The position numbers were made by a program, and so were the translations under genes. A DNA stretch of 64,000 nucleotides from an uncultured virus (IMG/VR IMGVR_UViG_3300044719_000152) (lineage: Duplodnaviria > Heunggongvirae > Uroviricota > Caudoviricetes). Below, one piece after another: positions 46,787-56,105 of this stretch. The DNA is taken from the IMG/VR virus record IMGVR_UViG_3300044719_000152. One strand, 5' to 3'. How positions within the stretch are numbered: position 1 is the first letter of the stretch; each line of letters opens with the position of its first letter. The notes under the pieces are model-generated. The model searched no databases. It had not been told where the DNA came from and saw only the letters and a list, made by a program, of their open reading frames with translations.

Positions 46787-47466
46787 TCAGTCGACGATTC
46801 CGGGGAACTGGGCCTTGAACTGGTCGAGCGGGATCACGTCCGCGCCGCCCGCTCGCTGCTGCTGTGGCTCGCGCGTTGGTGGCTGGTAGGTCTCTTCCTC
46901 GTCCTGTAGATGCCGGTACCGGGCGGCCATGACCCCGTCGTAGGCGAACACCCTGCGGGCCAGGTTGAAGAACCGCGGCCCGTCGATGTCGGCGGCGTCC
47001 AGGTCGATGCCGTAGCAGGCAAGGAAGTCGGCGTCGAGGTCATCGAGGTAGTCCGGTATCCAGGCGATCTCTTCTAGGCGCTCGCCGAGCGTCCTTTTGG
47101 GACGTCTAGCGCGCCCATGGCCTGCTTGACCACGATCTGCATGAGCTGCTCCAGATGCTCGGGTTCGAGATCGGGGTAGTTGACGAGCGCGTCGTACGCT
47201 TCCTCGCCGATGACCTCCTCGAGCAGCTCGGCGGAGGCGACGTCGAGGCCCTGCCGACGCATGGTGCGGATCACCCGCAGGCCCAGATTGGGCGGGAACC
47301 GTCGGGGGATGGTGAACTCGCGGCCATCCAGGGTGAACAGGACGGCACGCTCCTCCGGCGCCCGGTCCTCCGGCCGCTTGGTGGTGAGGTGCAGCGGCTC
47401 GAAGTCGCCGTTGTCGACGACGCGCACTGGGGTCTTGCGCTTGACGGTGCGGGCGTTGCTGGCCAT
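46787..47466 (-). CDS. tail assembly chaperone, long (G/T) form via -1 frameshift at CCCAAAA (47095-47101)
   Basis: -1 frame is open from the slip site to TGA at 46787 (RTLGERLEEIAWIPDYLDDLDADF...FPGIVD); between major tail and tape measure. Confidence 0.8.
47074..47466 (-). CDS. tail assembly chaperone, short (G) form
   Basis: AAGGAG RBS; LFTLDGREFTIP. Confidence 0.8.
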   Translation of the reverse strand: MASNARTVKRKTPVRVVDNGDFEPLHLTTKRPEDRAPEERAVLFTLDGREFTIPRRFPPNLGLRVIRTMRRQGLDVASAELLEEVIGEEAYDALVNYPDLEPEHLEQLMQIVVKQAMGALDVPKGRSASA

Positions 47467-47492
47467 GGCGGGCTCCTTGCTGTGGCGGGGGT

Positions 47493-47525
47493 TGCGCGGC
47501 CGGGCGCTCGGTTCCCGGCCGCGCA
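47493..47525 (-). terminator. hairpin after major tail gene
   Basis: TGCGCGGCCGGG...CCCGGCCGCGCA. Confidence 0.55.
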
Positions 47526-47528
47526 GGA

Positions 47529-48092
47529 TCAGGCGGTCTGGTCGACGACGTGCACGATCGCGATCGACGGGGACACGTAGTGCGCGCCGAACTGGACCGG
47601 GATGAACGTCTGCTTGTCCTTGCTGTACTGGGACTCGACCTTGCTGACGTTCAGCACCCGGCGGGCGATCACCCTGCGCCGGAACGCATTGCCGGGCGCG
47701 TAACCGTCCATGATCGCCGCGAAGTAGTTCGGCTGTGTCGCGCTGGTGACGTTCAGTGGCTCCAGCGAGGAGTAGTTCGCCCCGGTCGCCGAGGTACCAC
47801 CGTTGATCGCCTGCTGCAGGTTGACCAGGGTGGGCTCGGCGAGGTTGGTCTCCAGGGTGATCTCGCGGCTCGTGAGCCGCCGCCCGACGACGTCAACGAG
47901 CTGGTCGCACTGGAGCATCGCGAACTTCTGGTCGACGGACACCTTCACGCCACCGTCGGTGCCACCCACGTCGGTCCACGCCGACGCGGCCGGCGCCGAG
48001 TTGACGGCGGAGTCGAGGGGCTCGGTCGCGCCGAACAGGCCGGTGTAGAGCGTGCCCGGCCCCATCGTGAGGTTGCTCGCGGTCACGGACAT
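47529..48092 (-). CDS. major tail protein
   Basis: NLTMGPGTLY...WTDVGGTDGGV...TNLAEPTL.NL. Confidence 0.85.
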   Translation of the reverse strand: MSVTASNLTMGPGTLYTGLFGATEPLDSAVNSAPAASAWTDVGGTDGGVKVSVDQKFAMLQCDQLVDVVGRRLTSREITLETNLAEPTLVNLQQAINGGTSATGANYSSLEPLNVTSATQPNYFAAIMDGYAPGNAFRRRVIARRVLNVSKVESQYSKDKQTFIPVQFGAHYVSPSIAIVHVVDQTA

Positions 48093-48102
48093 GGTCCGCC
48101 TC

Positions 48103-48390
48103 CTACTTCTTCTTGCCGGACTTGATGCCGGTGACGTTGATCGACGGGTACTTGCGCGCCACGCGCTGCTGGATCTGCTTCTGCTGCGCCGGGGTCGCGT
48201 TCTTGGCGGCGCGGCCGAGAGCGGCGCGCGCGTGCGCTGCGTCATCCAGGCGGTACTTCTTCTGCTTGGGCAGACCGAAGTCGGAGGCCGGCATCTTCGC
48301 CCGGCCGCCCTTGGTGTTCTTCTTCGCGTTCGCCGCCTTGGACAGTGGCGACTTCATCGGCTGCCCGTTGTGCCTGCTCTTGCCGGCCAT
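48103..48390 (-). CDS. small basic protein (DUF6582-like)
   Basis: MPASDFGLPKQKKYRLDDAAHARAAL. Confidence 0.7.
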   Translation of the reverse strand: MAGKSRHNGQPMKSPLSKAANAKKNTKGGRAKMPASDFGLPKQKKYRLDDAAHARAALGRAAKNATPAQQKQIQQRVARKYPSINVTGIKSGKKK

Positions 48391-48402
48391 CTCCTCGTCT
48401 CC

Positions 48403-48648
48403 TCAGCTCGCGTCTCGGAACTGGTGCCGGTTCAGGTCGCCGTCCAGGTCGAACTGGACCGTGGCGTAGTCGGGGTGCATCGCCAGCGGGATGCACTGCG
48501 ACTCGGGGATGTCGGCCGGCACATCCACGACCCGCGTGCCGGGGTGCATGAACTCCATCTGCCGCCGGTTGTGGTGCGTGATGATCAGCCCGTTGTAGGT
48601 GAGCATCTGTCGGGAGATGGCCCCGTACAGGGCGAAGCGGTCGCTCAT
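48403..48648 (-). CDS. hypothetical protein
   Basis: coupled ORF in neck module. Confidence 0.6.
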   Translation of the reverse strand: MSDRFALYGAISRQMLTYNGLIITHHNRRQMEFMHPGTRVVDVPADIPESQCIPLAMHPDYATVQFDLDGDLNRHQFRDAS

Positions 48649-49115
48649 GACTGGTCCACCCAATTCAGCGCGAGGTCGAAGGTGTACGAGGCGTAGAGGC
48701 CGATGTCGCCGTAGGACCGGCGCGGCTCGGTCACCACGTACGCCGACAGCACCCGGGCGTTCGGGTAGCCGGCTGGCAGCGTGAGGAGCCGCGGCACGTT
48801 GCGGAGTTCCGCGTCGGTGCGCGGGTAGCAGGCTCGGACGATGCATTCGGCGAGGTAGTTCGCCTTGTTCCACGGCGGCTTGGTGGACTGGGGCTTGCAC
48901 GCCCAGGTGTCCACGGTGACCACCGGCTGCCGCAGAGCGTTGTCCAGCACCGGCCGGCCGCCGGTCGTGCGCACCGTCACGAAGCCGCTGGCCGCCCACG
49001 TGCTGTTGTCCGACGGCAGCTGGCTGGCGACCATGGCCGGCGTCAGCCCGGTCACGCCGCCGAGCCAGGCGACCGCCACCAGGTCCGTGTTCGCGCGCAG
49101 CACCGGGGACGTCAC
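48645..49115 (-). CDS. tail terminator
   Basis: DLVAVAWL...VTVRTTGG...PVVTVDTWA; position in module. Confidence 0.75.
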   Translation of the reverse strand: MTSPVLRANTDLVAVAWLGGVTGLTPAMVASQLPSDNSTWAASGFVTVRTTGGRPVLDNALRQPVVTVDTWACKPQSTKPPWNKANYLAECIVRACYPRTDAELRNVPRLLTLPAGYPNARVLSAYVVTEPRRSYGDIGLYASYTFDLALNWVDQS

Positions 49116-49579
49116 GACGCACCGCCGACCTGCGCACGAAGCGCCTTCACCTCGGCCAGGAGTGCCGCGTGGTCGGCGCGCATCTCGGCGATGATCTGAC
49201 CCTGCTGCACCACGAGCTGCTTGGTGTCCCGGTTGACCTGGTAGTCCGACGCCGCCGCTATGGCCGACACCTGGTCACTGCGCTTGGCCGCGATCAGCAG
49301 GATCGCGCCCTGGAGCGCGGCCACGCAGGACAGCACGAGGTTGAGGAGGATGAACGGGTACGGGTCGAAGCCCTGGCTGCCGTTGAAGGCCATCCACAGG
49401 GCGAGGAACGCGATGGCCGCGAACACGAAGCCCCACGAGCCCATGCCGTTGCGCATCCGGTCCGCAGCCCGCTCACCGAGGGACAGCTGGTCGTGCGACG
49501 GCACCACCGGGTGGTGTCGCCAGTGGTCGGTCATCGCGAAGTACTCGCGGACGAAGGCATGCCAGGCGCGGCGCATCAC
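49112..49579 (-). CDS. DUF1003 membrane protein
   Basis: GERAAD...GSWGFV...FDPYPFILLNLVLSCVAALQGAILL. Confidence 0.85.
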   Translation of the reverse strand: MMRRAWHAFVREYFAMTDHWRHHPVVPSHDQLSLGERAADRMRNGMGSWGFVFAAIAFLALWMAFNGSQGFDPYPFILLNLVLSCVAALQGAILLIAAKRSDQVSAIAAASDYQVNRDTKQLVVQQGQIIAEMRADHAALLAEVKALRAQVGGAS

Positions 49580-49908
49580 TCACCCCGCTGCCGATAGAGG
49601 GCCGGGCGCATGAAGTCCTGCGGCGGCTGGACGCGGCCCGTGTCGTGTTTCCTGCCGTCACGGCCGCGATAGACGATCCGGTGGCCCTCGTTGACGTACA
49701 CCGAGTAGTCGACGTCCTTCGACCCGATCCGCACTGTGCTGTCGTCGGTCAGGCCGTAGTCCAGCGAGGCGACGAGCCGGCCCGTGTCGACAGGGCAACC
49801 GGCCTGCATGTCCGAGAGGATCTGCGGCCCGATCTTCTCGTCGAGCAGCTTCGTGCCGGCCTTGGCCACGTGCTCGTGCCAGCCCTGCGCTACGCGGAAC
49901 TCGGCCAC
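49576..49908 (-). CDS. HK97 gp10-like tail completion protein
   Basis: CPVDTGRL.AS, YSVYVNEG, QDFMRPAL. Confidence 0.85.
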   Translation of the reverse strand: MAEFRVAQGWHEHVAKAGTKLLDEKIGPQILSDMQAGCPVDTGRLVASLDYGLTDDSTVRIGSKDVDYSVYVNEGHRIVYRGRDGRKHDTGRVQPPQDFMRPALYRQRGE

Positions 49909-49978
49909 GTTCCCTCACCTCCCAACGCCTCTACAGCGGTCGGTCATCCGTATGCGGTTGTGCGGAGCACGCGCCCAT

Positions 49979-50317
49979 CTACTGGGTTGGCGTGATCCGG
50001 GTCAGGTCGACGTCCAGGTCCGGTGTCCAGGCGGCGCCGTACTTCTGGGTCACGTCGTTGACCAGGTAGAGCACGTTGTTGGTGTCGTCCCGCACCTGGT
50101 CGCCGGGCTTGACGTCCACGTTGGACTGGCACACGGCTTCGATCGCGCGGACGATCCGCGGCTGCTGCGTGGCCGGGTCGAACACGCGCTGGTTGACGTC
50201 CTCGATGAGGAACGGCACGCCCGTTGCGATGACCGTGCCGGTGTCGACGGTGTCGCCGAACTGATCGACGCTGGTGCCGCGGAGGATGCTCGCAGTGCAC
50301 GAGGCGAGGGCGTACAT
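49979..50317 (-). CDS. head-tail stopper/closure protein
   Basis: DQFGD...DVKPGDQV; position in module. Confidence 0.7.
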   Translation of the reverse strand: MYALASCTASILRGTSVDQFGDTVDTGTVIATGVPFLIEDVNQRVFDPATQQPRIVRAIEAVCQSNVDVKPGDQVRDDTNNVLYLVNDVTQKYGAAWTPDLDVDLTRITPTQ

Positions 50318-51072
50318 CAGCCACCACCCCACGATCCGTAACCCGCCGGCGACCACACCTCGTAGAAGTCGTTGCCGGCCGAATCGGGGTCGGGCGAGAT
50401 CGGGGTCATGCCGTCCTGGAACGGCGACCGGATGTGCACCGACCGGGTGCGCAGCCACGACACGCGGGACAGTGCCTTCCGCGCGAGAGGCGCGATCAGC
50501 AGCGTCTCCTCCTTGAGGCCGATCGACTTCCGGCCCTCGGAGATCATCGTGACGTCGAGGCGCGTGAACAGGTCCGGCTGCCCGGCCAGCCACACCGCCT
50601 CGTAGGCGACGGCCCGCTTCATCCACTCGGCGTCCCGCGAGCCGGTGTTGGCGTGGGCCAGGGCATAGGTGCGGCGCGCGAACATCTCGATGATGGCGTT
50701 GGCCTCCGCCAGCGCCTGCGGCGTGACCGTGATGCCGGTAAGTGCGAGGACGTCGCCGATCTGCGCCCACGTTCCGGTGCTCGCGGCCAGCACTGTCACG
50801 ACCTCCGACGCCGTGACAGGGTTGCTGTTGTAGGTGGCGTTCCACACCGCGACGTGGTCGCCGAGCACCGCGGAGGCCGGAACCGCCCACGTGTACTGGT
50901 AGACGCCGGTGGTGACGTGCACGATGCCGCTCGAGGTGGTGGCCACGTCGACCGTGCTGTCCGGCGCGGTGATGCCGATCGTCAGCCCGGACACGTCCAC
51001 GGCCGGGCCGCCGGCGTAGGCGTACCACTGTGCGGTGAGGGTGATCGACTGGCCCTGCGCTACCTGGGTCAT
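50317..51072 (-). CDS. head-tail adaptor with N-terminal Ig-like domain
   Basis: TGVYQYTW beta domain fused to WAQIGDVLALTG...KRAVAYEA...IAPLARKAL. Confidence 0.7.
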   Translation of the reverse strand: MTQVAQGQSITLTAQWYAYAGGPAVDVSGLTIGITAPDSTVDVATTSSGIVHVTTGVYQYTWAVPASAVLGDHVAVWNATYNSNPVTASEVVTVLAASTGTWAQIGDVLALTGITVTPQALAEANAIIEMFARRTYALAHANTGSRDAEWMKRAVAYEAVWLAGQPDLFTRLDVTMISEGRKSIGLKEETLLIAPLARKALSRVSWLRTRSVHIRSPFQDGMTPISPDPDSAGNDFYEVWSPAGYGSWGGG

Positions 51073-52346
51073 GCCGCACCCACTAGCGGGATGTAGCCCG
51101 TCGCGGTGCCGACGGTGGCCGGGTTGAAGCTGGCCGGCAACGCCGACTGGCCGTTGAGGTAGAAGGCCCGGCGGTTGCCCGAGTTCGAGATACCGAAGGC
51201 CAGCCACGGGGCGTTGAGGTCGTTCGCACCGAGGGCGTACGGCACGCTGACGCCGGTGAACCCGCCGCAGAGGTAAAGGATGTAGACCCACCGGCCGGCG
51301 CCCTGCGCGGGGACGGTGGTAATGGGGCGGCTGGCCCAGCCGGCGGTGGTCCACAGTGTCGAGTCGTCAGTCGTGGCCTGGACCAGTGCACCGGTGTCGT
51401 CGTAGAGCCCCAGGCGGTTGGGCACGGAGGACGTCGAGTAGGTGCCACCGGTGCGGATGGCGACCGCGAGGTTGTTGAGCGCATCGCCCGCCGGCACCCA
51501 GCAGCGGGCGCCGAAGATGGTTCCGGACGCCAAGGTGCTGATGTTCTGGAACAGCGCGGGGTTATCCGACGCAGTGAGCAAGCCGTACCCGGCGAGGGGA
51601 AACACTCCGCCGGGGGTGCTGCTGCCACCGCCGGATGCCGCGGCCCACTTGACGCCGGCGGCCTGGGTGGAGTCGGCGGTGAGCACCTGGCCGTCCGAGC
51701 CGACGCCGAGCCGAGCGATCGCGGCCGCGGCCGTCGCGACGAGGAGGTCGCCCTTGGCCGTGGCGGTCGACGCCTGCACGGCACCGGTGATCCGGCTGTC
51801 GTTGCCCTGCGCCGCGGTCCCGCTCACGGTGCCGTAGACGACGGCGAGCGTCCGGTCCGCGCTCAGGTCACCGCCGCCGGACAGTCCGGTGCCGGCGCTG
51901 ATGAGGCGGCTTGTCGGCGCCTTGTTGGCCAGGGCGGGCACGGTCGGGGACGCCGCTGTGCCGCCCAGGTCGCCGGCAAGCTGCACGATGCCCTTGGCCG
52001 CGTTGGTGGCGTCGGTCGCCGAAAGCGTGCGATCGGCGGTGAGGTCGCCGCCGCCGGCGAGCCCTGTGCCAGTGAGGATCTGGCGGGACGTGCCGACCTT
52101 CGTGGCGAGGGCGGGCACCGTCGGAGCAGCGGCCGTTCCCGCCAGGTCACCGGCCAGCTGCACCTTGCCCTTGGAGGTGGTCGTCGCGTCCGGCACTCCG
52201 GCGAGCGCAGTGTTGTCGACGTACTGCTTGTCCGCGGCCTGCAACGCTGCGGTCGGGTCGGCGGCCAGCATGAGCGCGCCGGTCATCGTGTCCCCGGCCT
52301 TCGAGACCTTGGTCGGGTCTCCGCCGACGTACCCGGTCGCTGCCAT
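51069..52346 (-). CDS. fibre-repeat protein in head module (head/neck fibre)
   Basis: two DAT...KG.VQLAGDL.GTAA.PTVP and GTGL.GGGDL.ADRTL repeats. Confidence 0.7.
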   Translation of the reverse strand: MAATGYVGGDPTKVSKAGDTMTGALMLAADPTAALQAADKQYVDNTALAGVPDATTTSKGKVQLAGDLAGTAAAPTVPALATKVGTSRQILTGTGLAGGGDLTADRTLSATDATNAAKGIVQLAGDLGGTAASPTVPALANKAPTSRLISAGTGLSGGGDLSADRTLAVVYGTVSGTAAQGNDSRITGAVQASTATAKGDLLVATAAAAIARLGVGSDGQVLTADSTQAAGVKWAAASGGGSSTPGGVFPLAGYGLLTASDNPALFQNISTLASGTIFGARCWVPAGDALNNLAVAIRTGGTYSTSSVPNRLGLYDDTGALVQATTDDSTLWTTAGWASRPITTVPAQGAGRWVYILYLCGGFTGVSVPYALGANDLNAPWLAFGISNSGNRRAFYLNGQSALPASFNPATVGTATGYIPLVGAA

Positions 52347-52383
52347 ACTGTCCCTCCCCTCCGACTCGCAGGTCGTGCTGCCG

Positions 52384-52875
52384 CTACTCGGCGGCGTGGA
52401 TGTCCTGCGCCGTGGTGGTTTCGCCCGGCTCGGTGTCGATGGAGGCCGGCACGACCTGCACCGCGTACCGCAGGTCGGTGTGCCGCATCCGGCGGGAACC
52501 CGAGGCGTTGAGCGGCTCGTCGGTCTCCTCGATGGCGACGAGGTACACGTCGCCCCGCGGGTGGAGGCCGCGCTGCACCGCTTCCTGCACGACAGCGACG
52601 GCGTTCTGTCGGTGGATCGGGTCGTCCTCCGTGACACCGATCCGGCCGACGCGGAACACCTTGTGCCACATGTCCTCGTCGGCACCGTCGACCGCGCGCT
52701 GCGCGACTTCGGTGTGCAGGCCCTCTTCGGTGCCGTCGACTGCGGGGAACTGCTCTGTCACGTCGGAGACCGGCAACTGCGGTTCCTCCGGGCCCGACTC
52801 GTCCACCTCGTCGCTGTGCTCGTAGGCCGGTGATTCGTCGTCGAACACGTCCTCAGCGAGGGTGTCGTCGTCCAC
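52384..52875 (-). CDS. acidic hypothetical protein after capsid
   Basis: GGGAG RBS, GTG start. Confidence 0.65.
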   Translation of the reverse strand: MDDDTLAEDVFDDESPAYEHSDEVDESGPEEPQLPVSDVTEQFPAVDGTEEGLHTEVAQRAVDGADEDMWHKVFRVGRIGVTEDDPIHRQNAVAVVQEAVQRGLHPRGDVYLVAIEETDEPLNASGSRRMRHTDLRYAVQVVPASIDTEPGETTTAQDIHAAE

Positions 52876-52900
52876 GGCGTTCTCCCTGCGTGCGGCAGAT

Positions 52901-52934
52901 GGTGGGCGTGGCAGCCGCCACAGCCACGCCCACC
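52901..52934 (-). terminator. hairpin downstream of major capsid gene
   Basis: GGTGGGCGTGGC...GCCACGCCCACC. Confidence 0.6.
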
Positions 52935-52947
52935 GGACTGGGTTGGA

Positions 52948-54006
52948 TCAGCTGCCGGAGTTGTCTTCCAGCACGGAGAAGGCGTTCTCGTGGCCGACGG
53001 CGAACGCGCGCCGAGCACGCATCTTGAGGATCGACTCGTCGGTCAAGGCGGCCAATCCATTCCTCCCGTCAATGAAGACGGACTCGGGTCCACTGCGGAC
53101 ACCGAGCAGCAGGAACTCCTTCGAGCAGATGACCAGCAGCGGGTTGCCGGTCGGCGTCGCCGTCGGCGCTGCCGAGGTGCGGGCACCCAGCGTCCACTTG
53201 ACCGGGTAGCCGAACAGCATGTCCGGGGTGGACGCCTGGCCGCCACCGGGGAAGCCGCCGCTGGACTCCTGGAAGATCGGCCGGCCGTTGAGGTCCTTGA
53301 TGCCGCGCAACTTCCTCTTGAACGTCGGGTGCGCGAGCACGAGGGCCTGCTCCTCGTCCCAGTAGTCGCCGGTTTCGACCAGGCCGACCGTGGTGGACAG
53401 CAGGTCGTAGGTGGTGCCACCCGAACCGGTCTTGGTCAGGTTCGTGTTGGCCTGGTAGCCGGTCGCCGAGTCGGTCTGGGTGAGCGTGTAGTAGAGCGAG
53501 TCGAACGCGCAGCCGGAGGTCGCCTTCGCCGCGGTGACGCCCAAGCAGGCGTTGTCGAGGCCCTTGGCGTAGGCCGTGGCCCAGTCGGACAGCTTGGTGT
53601 TGACCACGTCCGCCAGGCTGTCGTCGATGTCCTCCTCGGCGATCCGCACGGCCTTGCCGAACTTCTGGACGCTCAGGATGACCTGGTCGTTGGTCGACTG
53701 GTCCTCGCCGTACGTCCCGCCCTTGGCGACGATGTCGATGCCGACACCGCCGGACCGCGGGGTCGAGCGCGTGGCGGTCTTCATCGGGACGCGCTGGCCG
53801 TAGGACTCGATCGCGGAGACCTGCTTGACCTTCTGGATGACGTCGGAGCCGAACTCCTCCCAGACCCAGGCGTCGAAGTTGTTGCGGGCGCTGCCACCGA
53901 GGGCGCGGATCGGCTCGCCGTTGCGGCGGTAGCCGAGGATGTCGCCGACGTCGTGCGCCGGAACGGACTCGTCGAACAGGTCGAGGTCGAACTGGGATGC
54001 AGACAC
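52948..54006 (-). CDS. major capsid protein (HK97 fold)
   Basis: KFGKAVRIAEEDIDDS, LRGIKDLNGRPIF, LFGYPV, LKMRARRAFAV...AFSVL; GGAAGG RBS before GTG. Confidence 0.92.
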   Translation of the reverse strand: MSASQFDLDLFDESVPAHDVGDILGYRRNGEPIRALGGSARNNFDAWVWEEFGSDVIQKVKQVSAIESYGQRVPMKTATRSTPRSGGVGIDIVAKGGTYGEDQSTNDQVILSVQKFGKAVRIAEEDIDDSLADVVNTKLSDWATAYAKGLDNACLGVTAAKATSGCAFDSLYYTLTQTDSATGYQANTNLTKTGSGGTTYDLLSTTVGLVETGDYWDEEQALVLAHPTFKRKLRGIKDLNGRPIFQESSGGFPGGGQASTPDMLFGYPVKWTLGARTSAAPTATPTGNPLLVICSKEFLLLGVRSGPESVFIDGRNGLAALTDESILKMRARRAFAVGHENAFSVLEDNSGS

Positions 54007-54144
54007 GGCGCGTGCCCTTCCGAGTGATGGGTGCGGTGGTGTCCTGCGCCCCATCACGGGCACGTCAGGGCATTTGAATTGCCCGATCGCCGGTCCTAGC
54101 GGGCCGTCCCATCCGGGTGGCCTGCTGTCTCGGAGAATACACGC

Positions 54145-54178
54145 GAAAGCGCCCGACACGGATAGTGTGGGCGCTTTC
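54145..54178 (-). terminator. hairpin between scaffold and capsid genes
   Basis: GAAAGCGCCC-G-ACAC-GGATA-GTGT-GGGCGCTTTC. Confidence 0.6.
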
Positions 54179-54225
54179 TAGGCGCGTTTCCCCTATTCGT
54201 TTTCACACGGTTTAGGGAATTGCGT

Positions 54226-55008
54226 CTACCGCATCGAGTTGTGGATCTGCGCGGCGATCCGTTCCCCCGTCGTCTTGAACTGCGCGGGCGCGGGCTGCTT
54301 GTTCCCGGCGTCGATCCGCGGCGCGCGGCGGCGCTCCGGCTTGGCCGGCTCCGGCTCGGCGTCCTTGCCGAACAGCTCGGGGAACTCGTCGACCAGGTCG
54401 TCGATCTGGTCCTCGAGGCCGTCGACCTTCCCGGTCTCGGTGTCGACGTCGAGCTCGTCCATGTCCAGGCGCCGGATCATGCGGTTCAGGCGCTGCTCGG
54501 TGGGGTTGCGGAAGTCCGCCTTCATCAGCGCGGCGATCGCGGCCGACCGGATGGCAACCGGCTTGAACTTCTGCTCGGCGGCCTCCAGTGCGGCCTGCTC
54601 CCGCGCCGCGGCGTCCTCGTCGCCGGCCTGGCCGCCGCCCTGCTCGGCGGCGCGAGTGGACTTGCGGAGCTCGCGGACGCGGAGCCGGTGCTTCTTGGCC
54701 TCGGCGTTCGCCTCGGTGAGGGCCTTCTGGGTCTTCTCCCACTCCTCGCGGGTGGGCGGCTTCCACTCGTCGCCCTTGGCCTTGTCGGCGCCGTCGTCGT
54801 GCTCGTCCTCCTCGTCTTCGTCGTCTTCGTCGTCGAGGATGTCCCGGCCGCCGCCGCTGCCCTGCGAGCCGCCGCCCTCCAGGTCGATCTCGGGGCCGTC
54901 GTCGTCATCGTCGGCGCCGCCGAGCGCCGGCCAGACGGGCGTGCCGTCGGAGAGCAGCCCGATGGCGGGCAGGAGCGTGTCCGGGTGGATGGGCAGGTCG
55001 AGCAGCAT
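54226..55008 (-). CDS. capsid scaffolding protein
   Basis: acidic N-region, ALTEANAEAKKHR coiled coil, FPELF; AAAGGA RBS. Confidence 0.85.
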   Translation of the reverse strand: MLLDLPIHPDTLLPAIGLLSDGTPVWPALGGADDDDDGPEIDLEGGGSQGSGGGRDILDDEDDEDEEDEHDDGADKAKGDEWKPPTREEWEKTQKALTEANAEAKKHRLRVRELRKSTRAAEQGGGQAGDEDAAAREQAALEAAEQKFKPVAIRSAAIAALMKADFRNPTEQRLNRMIRRLDMDELDVDTETGKVDGLEDQIDDLVDEFPELFGKDAEPEPAKPERRRAPRIDAGNKQPAPAQFKTTGERIAAQIHNSMR

Positions 55009-55025
55009 GGCGGCGTTCCTTTCGA

Positions 55026-56105
55026 TCATGATCGGGCCTTGCGGGGGAAGTCGTTGAACCGGCCGCGGCGGACCGCGGTGCGGGCACGGGCCTGCACGGA
55101 CTTCGGCAGGGTCGTGCCGCGGGCGAGCAGCCGAGACGCGGCGCGGAGCCTGGCCGGCTGGGACTCGGACGCCATGCGCCAGCCGGTGAGGATGCTGCGC
55201 TCGGCCTCCCGGCGAAGCGCGGCCGGCAGGTCGGGGCCGGTGTAGCCGGGCACGCTGCCCAGCCACACCGTGATCCGGCACCGGCAGTGCGGATGCAGCG
55301 GGCATCCGGGCAGGAACATCGGGTCCGGCCACGGCACCAGCGGCTTGTCGCCGAACGTCAGCCCGACCGGGAAGCCCTGGCCAGCTCTCGCGACGTGCCC
55401 GGAGTAGGCGAGGCAGTGCACGCACGCGTCCCGCTCCGCGACCCACAGCCGCTCGGCGTCGAGCTGGTCAGCGACCGCGGCGACGCCGTCGTTGACGGCC
55501 TTGTTCGTGGCCCATGTTGCGGTCGCCTCGGTCGCGGTCGCTGCCTGCTGCGCCGGCGACAGTGCGGTGGCCAGCTCGGCGAAGTTGTTGCCGGCGATGC
55601 GCGTGACGGCGGTTTCGGCGTCGGCGAGCTTGCCGGCGACGGTGGCGTCCACGGCGCGGATCGCGTCCACGGTGGCCTGGTCGAGGTCGGCCGCTGGCCA
55701 CTCGAAACGAGCCGCGCGGCGGCCGGTCGCCGGCAGGACGTGCTCGACGGCTCCTTCGGTGGCGTGGAGGTGCAGTTCGTCCACGGCCTGCCGCACACCG
55801 AGGTCGATGGCCTGCTCCGCGTACCGAGTCAGTTCGTCGGCCGGGGTGAACCGGATGTCGGCGAGGTGGTTGCGTGTCTCGGTGGCGATGTCGTGCAGCG
55901 TGATCGGGTCGGCCGGCTCGTCGACCCGGCCAACCTTCCGCACCCACAAGGCGGAGAGCGTGCGCGTGAGCGCCTTCAGCTTGGCGCGTAGTGGCGCCGC
56001 GACACCGCGGGCCGCCCGCTCGAGGGCCAGCGCCTCGGCGGCGTGCTCCAGCACCAGCTGCAGCGTCGGCTGGTTCGGGGTTTGTGGCGGCTGCGGGGCG
56101 GTCAC
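55026..56105 (-). CDS. minor head protein (MuF/gp7-like)
   Basis: WVAERDACVHC...PLHPHCRC. Confidence 0.8.
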   Translation of the reverse strand: MTAPQPPQTPNQPTLQLVLEHAAEALALERAARGVAAPLRAKLKALTRTLSALWVRKVGRVDEPADPITLHDIATETRNHLADIRFTPADELTRYAEQAIDLGVRQAVDELHLHATEGAVEHVLPATGRRAARFEWPAADLDQATVDAIRAVDATVAGKLADAETAVTRIAGNNFAELATALSPAQQAATATEATATWATNKAVNDGVAAVADQLDAERLWVAERDACVHCLAYSGHVARAGQGFPVGLTFGDKPLVPWPDPMFLPGCPLHPHCRCRITVWLGSVPGYTGPDLPAALRREAERSILTGWRMASESQPARLRAASRLLARGTTLPKSVQARARTAVRRGRFNDFPRKARS

